Shown here: positions 1 through 9,916 of the stretch, one piece after another
How the letters are laid out: each line of letters begins with the position of its first letter
Position numbering within the stretch: position 1 is the first letter of the stretch
From: Hormiphora californensis
Taxonomy: Eukaryota; Animalia; Ctenophora
Reading direction: 5' to 3'
Assembly: GCA_020137815.1 (NCBI GenBank)
Contig: WFME01000024.1
Coordinates: forward strand, 1 to 24,495
DNA: 24,495 nucleotides
Notes under the pieces: model-generated
What the model was told of the DNA's origin: nothing
Database searches by the model: none
What the model saw: only the letters and a program-made list of their open reading frames with translations
Position numbers and translations under genes: made by a program

Positions 1-46
1 TTCTGTCGTTGACGCGTAGCTGTTCCAACAGTTCCAAATGAGAAAC

Positions 47-190
47 CGAAACCAAACCAATCCAAAACCAAACATCTCTCCCTAGAATATCCAAAACCAA
101 ACATCTCTCTTTAGAACAACCAAAACCAATCCAAAACCAAACATCTCTCTCTTCATAATAACCAAAACCAAACATCTCTCTTCAGAATAT
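47..190 (+). repeat. ~30-bp tandem minisatellite (CCAAAACCAAACATCTCTC(Y)nAG AATA) overlapping the 3' splice site of the carrier exon
   Basis: Four copies of CCAAAACCAAACATCTCTC start near 62, 91, 131 and 162. They end in CTAG|AATAT, TTAG|AAC, TCAT|AATA and TTCAG|AATAT. Confidence 0.85.
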
Positions 191-272
191 TCCAGCATTG
201 TCCCTGGTACAGCAACTTTCCTACGCAGCCCTTGCCGGTGCTATTACTCTCTCCATTACTAACCCCATCTGG
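186..272 (+). CDS. SLC25A32: Internal exon of mitochondrial folate/FAD carrier (SLC25 family, SLC25A32-like)
   Basis: TTCAG acceptor at 181-185 (TCCAG at 191-195 is an alternative). Translates NIPALSLVQQLSYAALAGAITLSITNPIW, followed by a GTAAGT donor at 273. NPIW joins VVKTRM of the next exon to give the carrier signature Px[W]xxKTR typical of SLC25A32. Confidence 0.85.
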
Positions 273-579
273 GTAAGTGGAAATATCAAATCAGGGAGCT
301 TTAGACCAAACTTTCTAGTTGGACCGTTGTGTCTTTGTAAGGGGATGTGCAAGGAGTTGAAATAACTTCAAAAGTTCTTCATTTCCTTATATTTTTGCCC
401 ATTCTAGCCCATTATTGAAGCCTCTTGCTCGACCCTCTCTCACAGTCACCGTACCACTACCCCGATTAGAACAACCCCTTTCCCAGTTGTTGAGACTTGA
501 ATAACACATACCCATTCTCCCCTCCTTCGGGGAGCAGTGCGAGGTACAGTCGAACCAAACCGAACATACCCACTCTCAG

Positions 580-888
580 GTAGTAAAAACTCGGATGGTT
601 CTCCAAAATGCGGACACCTCCAGTTACAGAGTCCAATACACCGGACTCCGTCATGGTCTATCTGAACTGGCAAGGACTGAGGGACTAGCAGGGTTGTACC
701 GAGGTTATCTTCCAGGGTTGTTCGGTGTGACTCACGGTGCCATTCAGTTTGTTAGTTATGAGAGGATGAAGGGGGCTTATTATGGTTATTCTGGGACAGA
801 TCCGGGAGAGAAGTTGGGGACTCTCCCCTATATTGCACTGAGTGCATCGAGCAAGATTCTGGCTGTCTTCCTCACCTACCCTTACCAG
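580..888 (+). CDS. SLC25A32: Internal exon of mitochondrial folate/FAD carrier
   Basis: CTCTCAG acceptor ends at 579. Translates VVKTRMVLQ...EGLAGLYRGYLPGLFGVTHGAIQFVSYE...SKILAVFLTYPYQ. GTGACG donor at 889, phase 0. GLFGVxHGAxQF and TYPYQV are SLC25A32-type motifs. Confidence 0.92.
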
Positions 889-1611
889 GTGACGGATTTG
901 TTTTTTGGTTTTGTTTTTCAATATTATCACCACTCCATAATAATTTACTCACATTTTTCACGTCCTATTTTTATCGGGAAAACATTTAGAACTGGTATAC
1001 AAACAATATAAATAAATCGTTAAATATCATCGTCCACGGGCTCCACCAACGCAGCTTAGCCACAATAACAGGTGGCACCCAAAACGCTCTTACTCATAAT
1101 AATTCTTACTAAAAATAGAAGCTAAAATTAGACACACGGCTAAAGTAAAGTTATTAGATATCTTAATAGGAAGGTTAGATTATACTAAGCCGAAAAAAGA
1201 AAAAACATATAGGTTCACAAATCAAATGGATACATCTCACAAACTCACACACTCACAACACACATACTCACAACACACATACTCACATCACACACAGCAC
1301 ACACAAACAAAATACAACAAGTTAATAAGTTACGAGAAAAACGACATAAAACTGTCAAGTAAAAGAGAAGCCACTCAAGTAGGAGTAGACAATATCTAGT
1401 TAGGGACCTAGTCAAGTAATAGATAAATTAAAATACAGTCCAGATACAAGAGTGTTTATAGTTAAGGCCATCTTGCTCAAGTTAAGCACCACCACACTGC
1501 TTTATAAATGTAGAGGGGCTGCTAGCTAGGAGAAGGGAGGGGAGACGAAGGTGTATCCACCGCCGATGACCGCTGCTGGAAGAGGGCAACAGATACGCTG
1601 AAAAACCACGG

Positions 1612-3510
1612 TTACGGGAAGGGGCTAGGGATAGAGATAGAATTAAACAAGTGTACCTTGAGCCGATGACAAAATGTGGTAAAAGTGGGTGACTGTCTGA
1701 TAGATAAAGGAAGAGAGTTCCAATAGGAGAAAGAACGATAGAAATAGCTATTCCGGAAAACAGCACTAGAAGGTTTGACAGTACAGCATAAAGTAGTAAA
1801 GTCAGTGTTGTCGATGATATCCCTATTGGATCTAGTAGTGTAGGAAACATCGTCGAGAGACTTGATATACAGGTAATTTGGAAGTATCACAGGTACTAAA
1901 CCAGTCATAACCTTATACATAAGTTTCATGTCATTGTACTTGAATTGAAGATTTATAGGTAGGATATTCAGTGTGATAAGGTGACTATGATAGATCTGGA
2001 TACTCCAGCTAGTGAGGTGTGAGACACCTAGTACCCACTTGATTGACCTCTTCTGTGCAGCTTCCAGTGAATCGAGCAACCCAACAGAGTGGGGAGCCCA
2101 AACTGGAGAGCAGTGCTCAAGAAGAGATCGAACCAGAGTAAGAAACAGAGTTCGGCGTTGATGAGGGTTGCCAACAAAGTGGGTTGTTCTACGAACTAGG
2201 TTGAATCTGTCAGTGAAGCGTTCAAGAATGTGCTCAGTATGGTCAGTCCATGAAAGTTTGTTATTGACAAGTACACCCAGATCTCTCTGAACAGTGACAT
2301 TATCCAAGACAGTATCACCTAGAACATAGGAATGTAGGAAACAGGGGAGCTCGCCCCATGTAGCCTCACACCTTGATGAGCGGGTAGAAACAACTTTACA
2401 CTTACTAGGATGAAACTTCATCTTGTTAATGACTGACCAGCTGTGAAGATTGTCAACAGAGATCTGCATGTCAATGTGATCCTGCATACTAGCGATCTTA
2501 GCCCAGAGTTTCAGATCATCAGCATACAAGGCTATCTTACACTCACCATGCACACACTCAGTGATGTCATTAATGAGTAGTACAAATAAAAGGGGGCCTA
2601 GGATACTACCTTGTGGGACACCGGATAGTACCCTGAGACTAGAAGAGAACTTCCCCCCAATAACCACTTGTTGAGTGCGATCACAGAGATAATTACGAAT
2701 AAAGGAAAGCATATTGCCATCTATATTAAATCTATTTTTAAGTTTATGCAGAATTAAATCATGATTAACGGAATCAAAAGCTTTACTAAAATCAAAATAA
2801 ATAAGGTCAGAGGTACGTTTGTCATTGTCGGTCAGAACTAGGTCGTCAAACACAGAAACAAGCTGGGTCAGACAAGACCTCCCCGGCAAGAATCCGTGTT
2901 GTCTACTGTCAATTTTGTCGTAACAATGGTCTAATAGTCGCTGTGTAACAATTCTCTCGTAAACTTTACTCGCAATGCAGGTCAGAGAGATAGGGCGGTA
3001 GTTCCGGACATCCCTCTTGTCTCCAGACTTGTGAACAGGAACAACATTGGCAGACTTCCAGATAGACGGAAGTCCGCCGCCGCCGTACGCCTGCTCAAAG
3101 AGCAGAGACAAGGGATAAGCCAGAGCTCCCGCACATCTCTTGAAAATAATACTATGTAGGTTGTCGGGACCAGGACCCTTGCGAGCATTGAGTTTAGATA
3201 AGACGTTGTACACAGGGCTAGCCGAGAAGTCACAAAGAATGGAGGGGTCATTGCTGTTAACATCAATATCATAGCTACTCGATTCAGAAAAATTGGAGGC
3301 AAATTGCTTATTGAAAAGGTTGGCTTGGTCCTCCAAATCAGACCTAAACACCTCACCATCATTGACAATGAGTGGTATTCTGGTAGACTTGGAGGTAACT
3401 TTAACCTGTCTCCAAAATTTCCTACTAACGGTGTCACAATCCTCGATGTCACAGTATAGTCGAGAACTGGAGTTACACACATTCTTGAAATGACTTCTAG
3501 CAGCTTTGTA
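1612..3510 (-). pseudogene. 5'-truncated ORF2 reverse transcriptase of a CR1-clade (T1/Q-like) LINE; endonuclease domain missing
   Basis: Motifs NYRPISL, QHGF, FDFSKAFDSVNH, GVPQGSILGPLLF, YADDLKL, RDLGV, LVRSLLEHCSPVWAP, WNSLP. The frame is open to the stop at 1612. The first ~81 codons of the 1612..3753 ORF come from the foldback element and a 17-bp duplication. Confidence 0.9.
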
Positions 3511-3545
3511 GTACCAAACAACGCACAGTACCAAACAACGCACTA

Positions 3546-4887
3546 GGCCAGTCATATGACGTTGTGAAATGGAACTAATTGATCTAAAAGCGATTCCACT
3601 TCCAGGGCACTCCAATGGGTCTCTACAACCACCAAAAAAATTTACCGCGGGTACTGCGATGGAGAAATCGGTCATTTCCGGGTTTATTTTGCACCTGCAT
3701 AAAGATAGCCTAGGACGAATGCGATATACGGTAAAAACCGTCTTTGGAAACAAGTAGAAAAGAAATCAAGGGCACTAAAGTGTGTAGCGTCCTCGCATTA
3801 GTGGGGGTAGGTGCTGGAATTAAGTCTCTATCTTATCACGTTAATTAGATAATTGGATAATTAGATGCGCACATAGCCGTTTTATGGTTATACGGTAAAA
3901 ACCATCTTTGGAAAGGAGTAGAGAAAAAACCGAGGGTACTAGAGTGATCAGCGTCCTCGAATTAGTGGGGGTAGGTACCCAAATTAAGTTCCTATCTCAT
4001 CGCGTTAATTAGATAATTAGGTATGCGCATAACCGTTTTTAGGTTACATGGCTATAGCCACTTAGGAATGGTTTAGAGACTTTTCATTGGTGCCATTTTG
4101 TAGGCAATAGCCAAGTTATGGGGGGGTCGAAGTCGGACTTTTAAGCTCTATATTCAACCATTTAGCCGTTATATGGCTTTAAAGGTGCTCAAAATCGGTC
4201 TTTTTACCGCTTTTTTGCTCATTTTGAGCACCTTATATGCCAAATAACGGCTAAACGGTTGAATATAGAGCTTAAAAGTCCGACGTCGACCCCCAATAAC
4301 TTGGCTATTGCCTACAAAATGGCACCAATGAAAAGTCTCTAAACCATTCCTAAGTGGCTATAGCCATGTAACCTAAAAACGGTCATGCGCATACCTAATT
4401 ATCCAATTATCTAATTAACGCGATGAGATAGGAACTTAATTTTAGTACCTACCCCCACTAATTCGAGGACGCTGATCACTCTAGTACCCTCGGTTTTTCC
4501 TCTACTCCTTTCCAAATATGGTTTTTACCGTATAACCATAAAACGGCTATGTGCGCATCTAATTATCCAATTATCTAATTAACCTGATAAGATAGAGACT
4601 TAATTCCAGCACCTACCCCCACTAATGCGAGGACGCTACACACTTTAGTGCCCTTGATTTCTTTTCTACTTGTTTCCAAAGACGGTTTTTACCGTATATC
4701 GCATTCGTCCTAGCCTATATTTATGCAGGTGCAAAATAAACCCGGAAATGACCGATTTCTCCATCGCGGTACCCGCGGTAAATTTTTTTGGTGGTTGTAG
4801 AGACCCATTGGAGGGCCCTGGAAGTGGAATCGCTTTTAGATCAATTACTTCCTTTTTCAGCGATATATCGACGTCATATGACTGGCC
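3546..4887. mobile_element. 1.34-kb foldback (whole-length palindromic) non-autonomous DNA element
   Basis: Termini GGCCAGTCATATGACGT / ACGTCATATGACTGGCC, flanked by TA on both sides (3544-45, 4888-89). Arms of ~650 bp pair up to a ~25-nt loop (4196-4220). Each arm contains two diverged ~160-bp tandem subunits. Confidence 0.93.
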
Positions 4888-5352
4888 TACACACAGAATT
4901 CCTAGAAATAACCAATCAAAATCCTAGAAATAGCCACAACATACCAAAGCTGCAGCAAGGGAGAACTGAAAATTCCAGAAAGTTACACACTCAAATCTCA
5001 CAACACGGCGAGAGGGGAGGGTGATAGGAACAAGAAACAGAACACTGTCATAAATCAGTTCTCACTTGCTGTTGTTTGATTCTGTATGTCGTTTGGATGT
5101 AGTATATTTTTCAGAAATGTTTTGTCTTTCAAACTTTTCAACACTACTTTAAACAAATTAATTTGAGGTTCCGTTTAACTGCCCCTCGCTAATCTTCTAA
5201 GCATCTGCTTAATCCCCTCCAAAGACAAGACAAGAATATTCTGGTTTCTGTCTCTCTCTATATTAAGCGGACCTTGGAAGACCTCGTTGGGCTAAAGCCA
5301 AGTCGCCAAACCTTGGTGGAGCGGCTCCTCGCCCCTCTATTTACAGGACAGG

Positions 5353-6630
5353 ATGTCGGGAGTGGCAACCCATTATGGCCGATCAAACGATTACAAAGAG
5401 GAATTTGCACGTAAGTTGTCTGATACAACCTTTGAAAAGTGCACTGGAATGACTGTTATGAAACACATGAAGGAAGGAAAAGCCGAAGCCCCGAGTCAAA
5501 TTAACAAGGATGTTATGTGGAAAGTTTTACTGATGTGTTATGAGTTTCTCCCCGCGGAATCCAGATGTAGCACCTCATCATCTGAGTCTGAACTGTCGAC
5601 GGTATCTATGACGTCTGATGACCTGAAAGATAGCTTCATGAAGCTGAGACAGGACCTCCTCGACACACTACCTGGATTAGTGAATGAGATTCTTGCGCCC
5701 ACTGTTGCCAAGAAGAGACCGGAGCACCTGGAAATACAGAAATCACCACCCTCGACACCTGTCAAACGGTATGTCAATATCAAGGATAAAGGAGACAGTG
5801 AGACTCCGATATGTGAGAAGAAATGGGCTAACTTGCTGAAGCCACAGGTTGAAACGGCATTGAGGAACATCCCTGTTCTTGATACCTCTGTTAACAAAAA
5901 GCACACGCAGCTGTACTTTGCCACTGATGATGACATGAAAGAAGCGGAGAAAGCTTTATCTCCATTCTTGGATGTTACATCAGTCGTCGAAAAAGAGAAG
6001 AAGAAGGATCCTCGTCTGATGATCAATGACCTTGATACAGACCTACTGAACAAGGAAGCACTGATGGAGGCACTTCTGAGTGAGAAGAATGAGACTGTGA
6101 AACAACTTCATGAATCTGGCCATACCATCAAGATTGTTCATGTAAACCAGGCTGGGAAATATGCAGTCATCCAAGTACCTCCTGAAGTTCGCAAGGCAAT
6201 CTCCAACAACAATGACAGGATTTACCTCAAGCTCAAGCAACATGCTGTAAGAAACAGGTTCTATGTGACACAGTGTTTTCACTGCCAGAGGTACGGTCAT
6301 GTAGCTGGATCAGTGTATTGTCCCAATAGGGACAAGAGCCCAGTCTGTGCATTTTGCTCGGGTGACCATGATACCCGTCAGTGCCAAGCCAGGAAGAGCA
6401 ACGATGGAGGAAAAATGAAGTGTGTCAATTGTGATGTAGGTGGAAGTAGAGAGGATAAGAAGTTCGCCAAATCTCACCCAGCGTCCAGCAATCTGTGTCC
6501 ATTCTATGTCAATGCCAGAGGAAGGTTGATGGAGACGACTACTGGAGTAACCAAGGAGCAAAAAAACCTGTACATGACGAGGGCATGGGAGGATCTGAAA
6601 ATGAAAAGGTATGGCGGATTGGTACGCTAA
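5353..6630 (+). CDS. LINE ORF1p, gag-like nucleic-acid chaperone with three CCHC-type zinc knuckles
   Basis: 425 aa. CFHCQRYGH..C, CAFCSGDHDTRQC and CVNC...H.ASSNLC lie near the C-terminus, directly upstream of the APE-RT ORF. Confidence 0.9.
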   Translation: MSGVATHYGRSNDYKEEFARKLSDTTFEKCTGMTVMKHMKEGKAEAPSQINKDVMWKVLLMCYEFLPAESRCSTSSSESELSTVSMTSDDLKDSFMKLRQDLLDTLPGLVNEILAPTVAKKRPEHLEIQKSPPSTPVKRYVNIKDKGDSETPICEKKWANLLKPQVETALRNIPVLDTSVNKKHTQLYFATDDDMKEAEKALSPFLDVTSVVEKEKKKDPRLMINDLDTDLLNKEALMEALLSEKNETVKQLHESGHTIKIVHVNQAGKYAVIQVPPEVRKAISNNNDRIYLKLKQHAVRNRFYVTQCFHCQRYGHVAGSVYCPNRDKSPVCAFCSGDHDTRQCQARKSNDGGKMKCVNCDVGGSREDKKFAKSHPASSNLCPFYVNARGRLMETTTGVTKEQKNLYMTRAWEDLKMKRYGGLVR

Positions 6631-9551
6631 ATGTCCATTCGCTAATGAACAAGACAGCTGGAGTTTTGGATCACCTGGAGGATAATCAGTGTGACATCTG
6701 TCTGGTTCAAGAAACATATCTCAAGAACTCAGACACAGCAAAAGTTCAAGAAATAAGAGAGTATGGATGGGACATTTATTCTTCTCCCAGAGCGGAAAGA
6801 TCAGGAGGTGGAATTGGAGTTTTGTACAGAAATGGGGTCAGAGTGAGATTATCTCCGACAAGGAAAACATTCAAGTCTTTCCAAGTACAGGAAGTACTTA
6901 TTGGAACGGGTGAAGGTATGGTTCGATTGTGTAATATCTATCGTCCTCCTTACACTGGAAAGGCACGGTTTACTGCTGCTTCGTTTCTTGAGGAATTTGT
7001 GGACTACTTAGCTGATGTTAACCTGCGGACTGGGTCCCCTGTCTTGATGGGTGATTTCAATTTCCAAGTACAAGACCTCTCTGACTTTTATGCAGAGAAG
7101 TTCCTAAAGCTCCTTGATTCTTTTGGGCTGGAGCAACTCACTCCATGTCAGCCGACCCACACCAGAGGTGGAACGCTTGATCTGGTGATCTGTCAGAGTG
7201 ATATCAAAACGAAGTTTCGATCTGTGGAAATACTGAAGGATGGTACTGAATCAGACCATTATATGGTTCTGAGTGAACTGGTCACTAAAACTGAGGATGT
7301 GGATTTTCGAAGCAAGCAACAAATTGACATGTACAGAGACTTTAAATCTGTGGATCCTGAACTGTTCAGGAAAGCATTGCGGAACCTTGGACTAGAGGAT
7401 CTTCTTGTAGCTGAATCACCCGAGGAAAACTTCCAGATCTATGAGAGGACTCTTGGCAACCTTGTGGAGAAATCTGTTGAACTCAAGAAAAGACGAAGAG
7501 GTAAGAAGTTAAGGCCGTGGAGAGAAGATGAAAGTGTCAAAAACGTGCTGAAACTACGCAGACGTGCTGAGAGGGCTTGGCGGAAGAACAAGACTCCGAT
7601 ACGGAAAGCCCAGTTGAATGACTTGAAGAGACAGTTTGGAAAAGTGGACAAGGACGCGAGGATTGGTTTCAACAAGAAAAATCTAGAGGAGTCAAAAGGT
7701 GATCCTAGAGGTTTGCAACGGAAGGTTAACCGCCTCCTGGGCAAAGCTGAGAGTATCCTACCGGAATCTGGTAATGATGGAAAGCTAGCAGAGGACTTCG
7801 CGGAATTTTTCAGTAGTAAAGTGGATAAGATCCGTACATCAGTGTTTGAGGAACAAAGTGATCTGGAGGATGGAGAGGCTGTGAGGACTGATCCGGAATG
7901 CAAGCTTGCTCAGTTTGAGGAGGTGTCGGTGGAATATATCAAGGGCCTCATCAAGGATATGCCGGACAAGACATGTGATCTGGATATCATCCCCACTTGG
8001 TTGGTGAAGGGATGTATTCATGAATTCGCCCCGTGGATTACTACGCTGGTTAATGGATCTATTAGGAGTTCGACTGTTCCAGAGGCGTTCCAGCAAGCCC
8101 TAGTGTTTCCTACGATAAAGAATACTCAAGGTGACCGTGACAGTCTGCAGAACTACCGACCAGTGTCAAACCTGCTGTTTATCTCGAAGGTCCTCGAGAA
8201 GGTAGTATTGGATCAATTGACCTGCTACCTGGAGGATAACAGCCTACTGAACAAGAACCAATCAGGATATAGGGTTGGCCATAGTTGTGAAACCTTGTTA
8301 ACCGGTATGTTTGAGGATCTACTTGAGGAAATGGATAGAGGAAATGTCATGGCACTTCTTTTACTGGACATGAGTGCTGCATTCGACACCGTTGACCACA
8401 CCAAGCTGGTCCAAGTGTTGAATAGTCGGTTTGGAATCTGTGGAGCAGCGCTCAATTGGTTTGAGAGCTACCTTGGAAGCAGAAGCTACAGAGTTAACGT
8501 TCGAGGAAAACTCTCTGGAATTGTCAAGCTAGTATGTGGTGTCCCACAGGGTTCTCTGTTGGGACCTGTCTTGTTCCTGCTGTATGTGGAGGAACTCCAA
8601 GACCTTGTTGAACAGTATGGGCTGAGGATAAAACTATATGCTGATGACTCACAGTTATATATGAGTCTGGTTCCTCATGATGATGAAGGATGGCTAGCAG
8701 TGAAAGGTAATGCTGAGGATTGTTTGAAGGAGGTGAAGGATTGGATGGTAAAGCACTGGCTGAGGTGTAATGAGGCCAAAACGGAGCTATTGTTACTTGG
8801 AAAGAGTGGAGCTCTAGAGAAGCTAGCCTATGAACCCTCAATTGTTTTTGGAGGCACGGAAATCTTTCCAGTGGATTTTAAAGGGACTACAGGTAAAACC
8901 CTTGGCGTCTACCTTGACAGCCAACTCACTATGGAACGACAGGTTAACAGTGTCAAGAGACAGTGTGGTATGATCCTGAGGAACCTTTGGCAGATCAATC
9001 GATGTTTGGACCAGTCTATGAAGATCCTCCTTGTCAAACAGTTAGTTATTTCGAGGTTGGACTACTGTAACATACTGTATTGTGGACTCCCGAAGAAACA
9101 CATCAACAGCCTACAGAAAACACTCAACTCTTGTGTTCGGTTCGTCTATGGTCTACACGGACATCAAGATGATTATGCTCCCTACCTGAAGGAAATGCAT
9201 GTCCTTCCTATTGAACAGAGGATTGTGTTCAAGGCATGTCTTACAGCTTATAAGGTCGTTCATCGAACTGCTCCAGATTATCTAACCGACAAAGTGCCAG
9301 CGTGTGAGGATGTGGATAGCTTGCGTTTTACCAGAGCCAATGCTGTTCCGGATGAGTTCAGGCTCCAGTACCCGAAACTCTCAAGTGTCAACGCTAATTC
9401 TAAATTGAGGAGAAGGCGACCTTCTGTATTTCTACCCAGTCTGTGGAACGAACTTCCTTTGGACATCAGATCTCTTCTGTCTGTTGATTCCTTCAAGACA
9501 AGACTTAAGACCCGACTCTTCACCGAGGCTTATGGCGTAAGTACTTCCTGA
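6585..9551 (+). CDS. LINE ORF2p: apurinic-like endonuclease plus reverse transcriptase (L2 group)
   Basis: APE motifs TLNVHSL, QETY, GGGIG, IYRPP, GDFN, TLDL, SDH. RT motifs NYRPVSNL, LLDMSAAFDTVDH, GVPQGSLLGP, YADDSQLY, SRLDYCN, WNELP. First ATG at 6585 (GGCATGG); the frame is open from 6495. Confidence 0.95.
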   Translation: MGGSENEKVWRIGTLNVHSLMNKTAGVLDHLEDNQCDICLVQETYLKNSDTAKVQEIREYGWDIYSSPRAERSGGGIGVLYRNGVRVRLSPTRKTFKSFQVQEVLIGTGEGMVRLCNIYRPPYTGKARFTAASFLEEFVDYLADVNLRTGSPVLMGDFNFQVQDLSDFYAEKFLKLLDSFGLEQLTPCQPTHTRGGTLDLVICQSDIKTKFRSVEILKDGTESDHYMVLSELVTKTEDVDFRSKQQIDMYRDFKSVDPELFRKALRNLGLEDLLVAESPEENFQIYERTLGNLVEKSVELKKRRRGKKLRPWREDESVKNVLKLRRRAERAWRKNKTPIRKAQLNDLKRQFGKVDKDARIGFNKKNLEESKGDPRGLQRKVNRLLGKAESILPESGNDGKLAEDFAEFFSSKVDKIRTSVFEEQSDLEDGEAVRTDPECKLAQFEEVSVEYIKGLIKDMPDKTCDLDIIPTWLVKGCIHEFAPWITTLVNGSIRSSTVPEAFQQALVFPTIKNTQGDRDSLQNYRPVSNLLFISKVLEKVVLDQLTCYLEDNSLLNKNQSGYRVGHSCETLLTGMFEDLLEEMDRGNVMALLLLDMSAAFDTVDHTKLVQVLNSRFGICGAALNWFESYLGSRSYRVNVRGKLSGIVKLVCGVPQGSLLGPVLFLLYVEELQDLVEQYGLRIKLYADDSQLYMSLVPHDDEGWLAVKGNAEDCLKEVKDWMVKHWLRCNEAKTELLLLGKSGALEKLAYEPSIVFGGTEIFPVDFKGTTGKTLGVYLDSQLTMERQVNSVKRQCGMILRNLWQINRCLDQSMKILLVKQLVISRLDYCNILYCGLPKKHINSLQKTLNSCVRFVYGLHGHQDDYAPYLKEMHVLPIEQRIVFKACLTAYKVVHRTAPDYLTDKVPACEDVDSLRFTRANAVPDEFRLQYPKLSSVNANSKLRRRRPSVFLPSLWNELPLDIRSLLSVDSFKTRLKTRLFTEAYGVSTS

Positions 9552-9916
9552 AGGCTTGTATCAGTTTTTTATCTCCAGTGTGTTTGGAACAGTTGTATCG
9601 GTTTTTATTTTAAGCATTTTTTGAGGGTTTGAAGCACGAGTGGACAGAGTGTGAAGCAGTGTGAATTTTGTTTACCAAGGATTCTTTTTGGACAGTTTAT
9701 CATTATATGTCAGTTATTTTCTTCAGTTTTTTCCCACGATATGTGAGCCGTTGTAAGTCAGTTATATTCCATTATGGTCTTGATAGAGTAAATTTTTTCC
9801 CTAGCTTTGTATCCCGCTCTGATTGTCTTTCAGTGGCAGCAGTTATCTCTTGATCTGTTGCCCCTGGAGGATATGGGCGGAATATAAGCACGTCTATTAT
9901 TATTATTATTATTATT

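Larger units (their letters stand above)
5053..9916 (+). mobile_element. Full-length, apparently intact L2-group (CR1 superfamily) LINE
   Basis: Initiator-like TCAGTT at 5055-5060, two intact ORFs, ~340-nt 3'UTR, (TAT)n tail at 9895-9916. Candidate 5-bp TSD TCATA at 5048-5052 and 9917-9921. Confidence 0.9.

Noticed and set aside
443-565. Possible degenerate Tc1/pogo MITE in the short carrier intron (TACAGTCGAACC at ~545)
   Set aside because: No convincing partner TIR or TSD could be established by eye.
889-1011. C-terminal extension of ORF 595..1011
   Set aside because: Read-through into the intron; carrier similarity stops at TYPYQ and resumes at 10859.
3511-3753. N-terminal ~81 aa of the 713-aa ORF, and its mirror ORF at 4670-4927
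   Set aside because: Both are translations of the foldback arms and adjacent duplication. They start at a non-ATG codon and have no RT or endonuclease similarity.
6628-6633. TAAATG at the ORF1 stop as a stop-start coupling signal
   Set aside because: The ATG is in the ORF1 frame, not the ORF2 frame, and lies after the start of the endonuclease motif.
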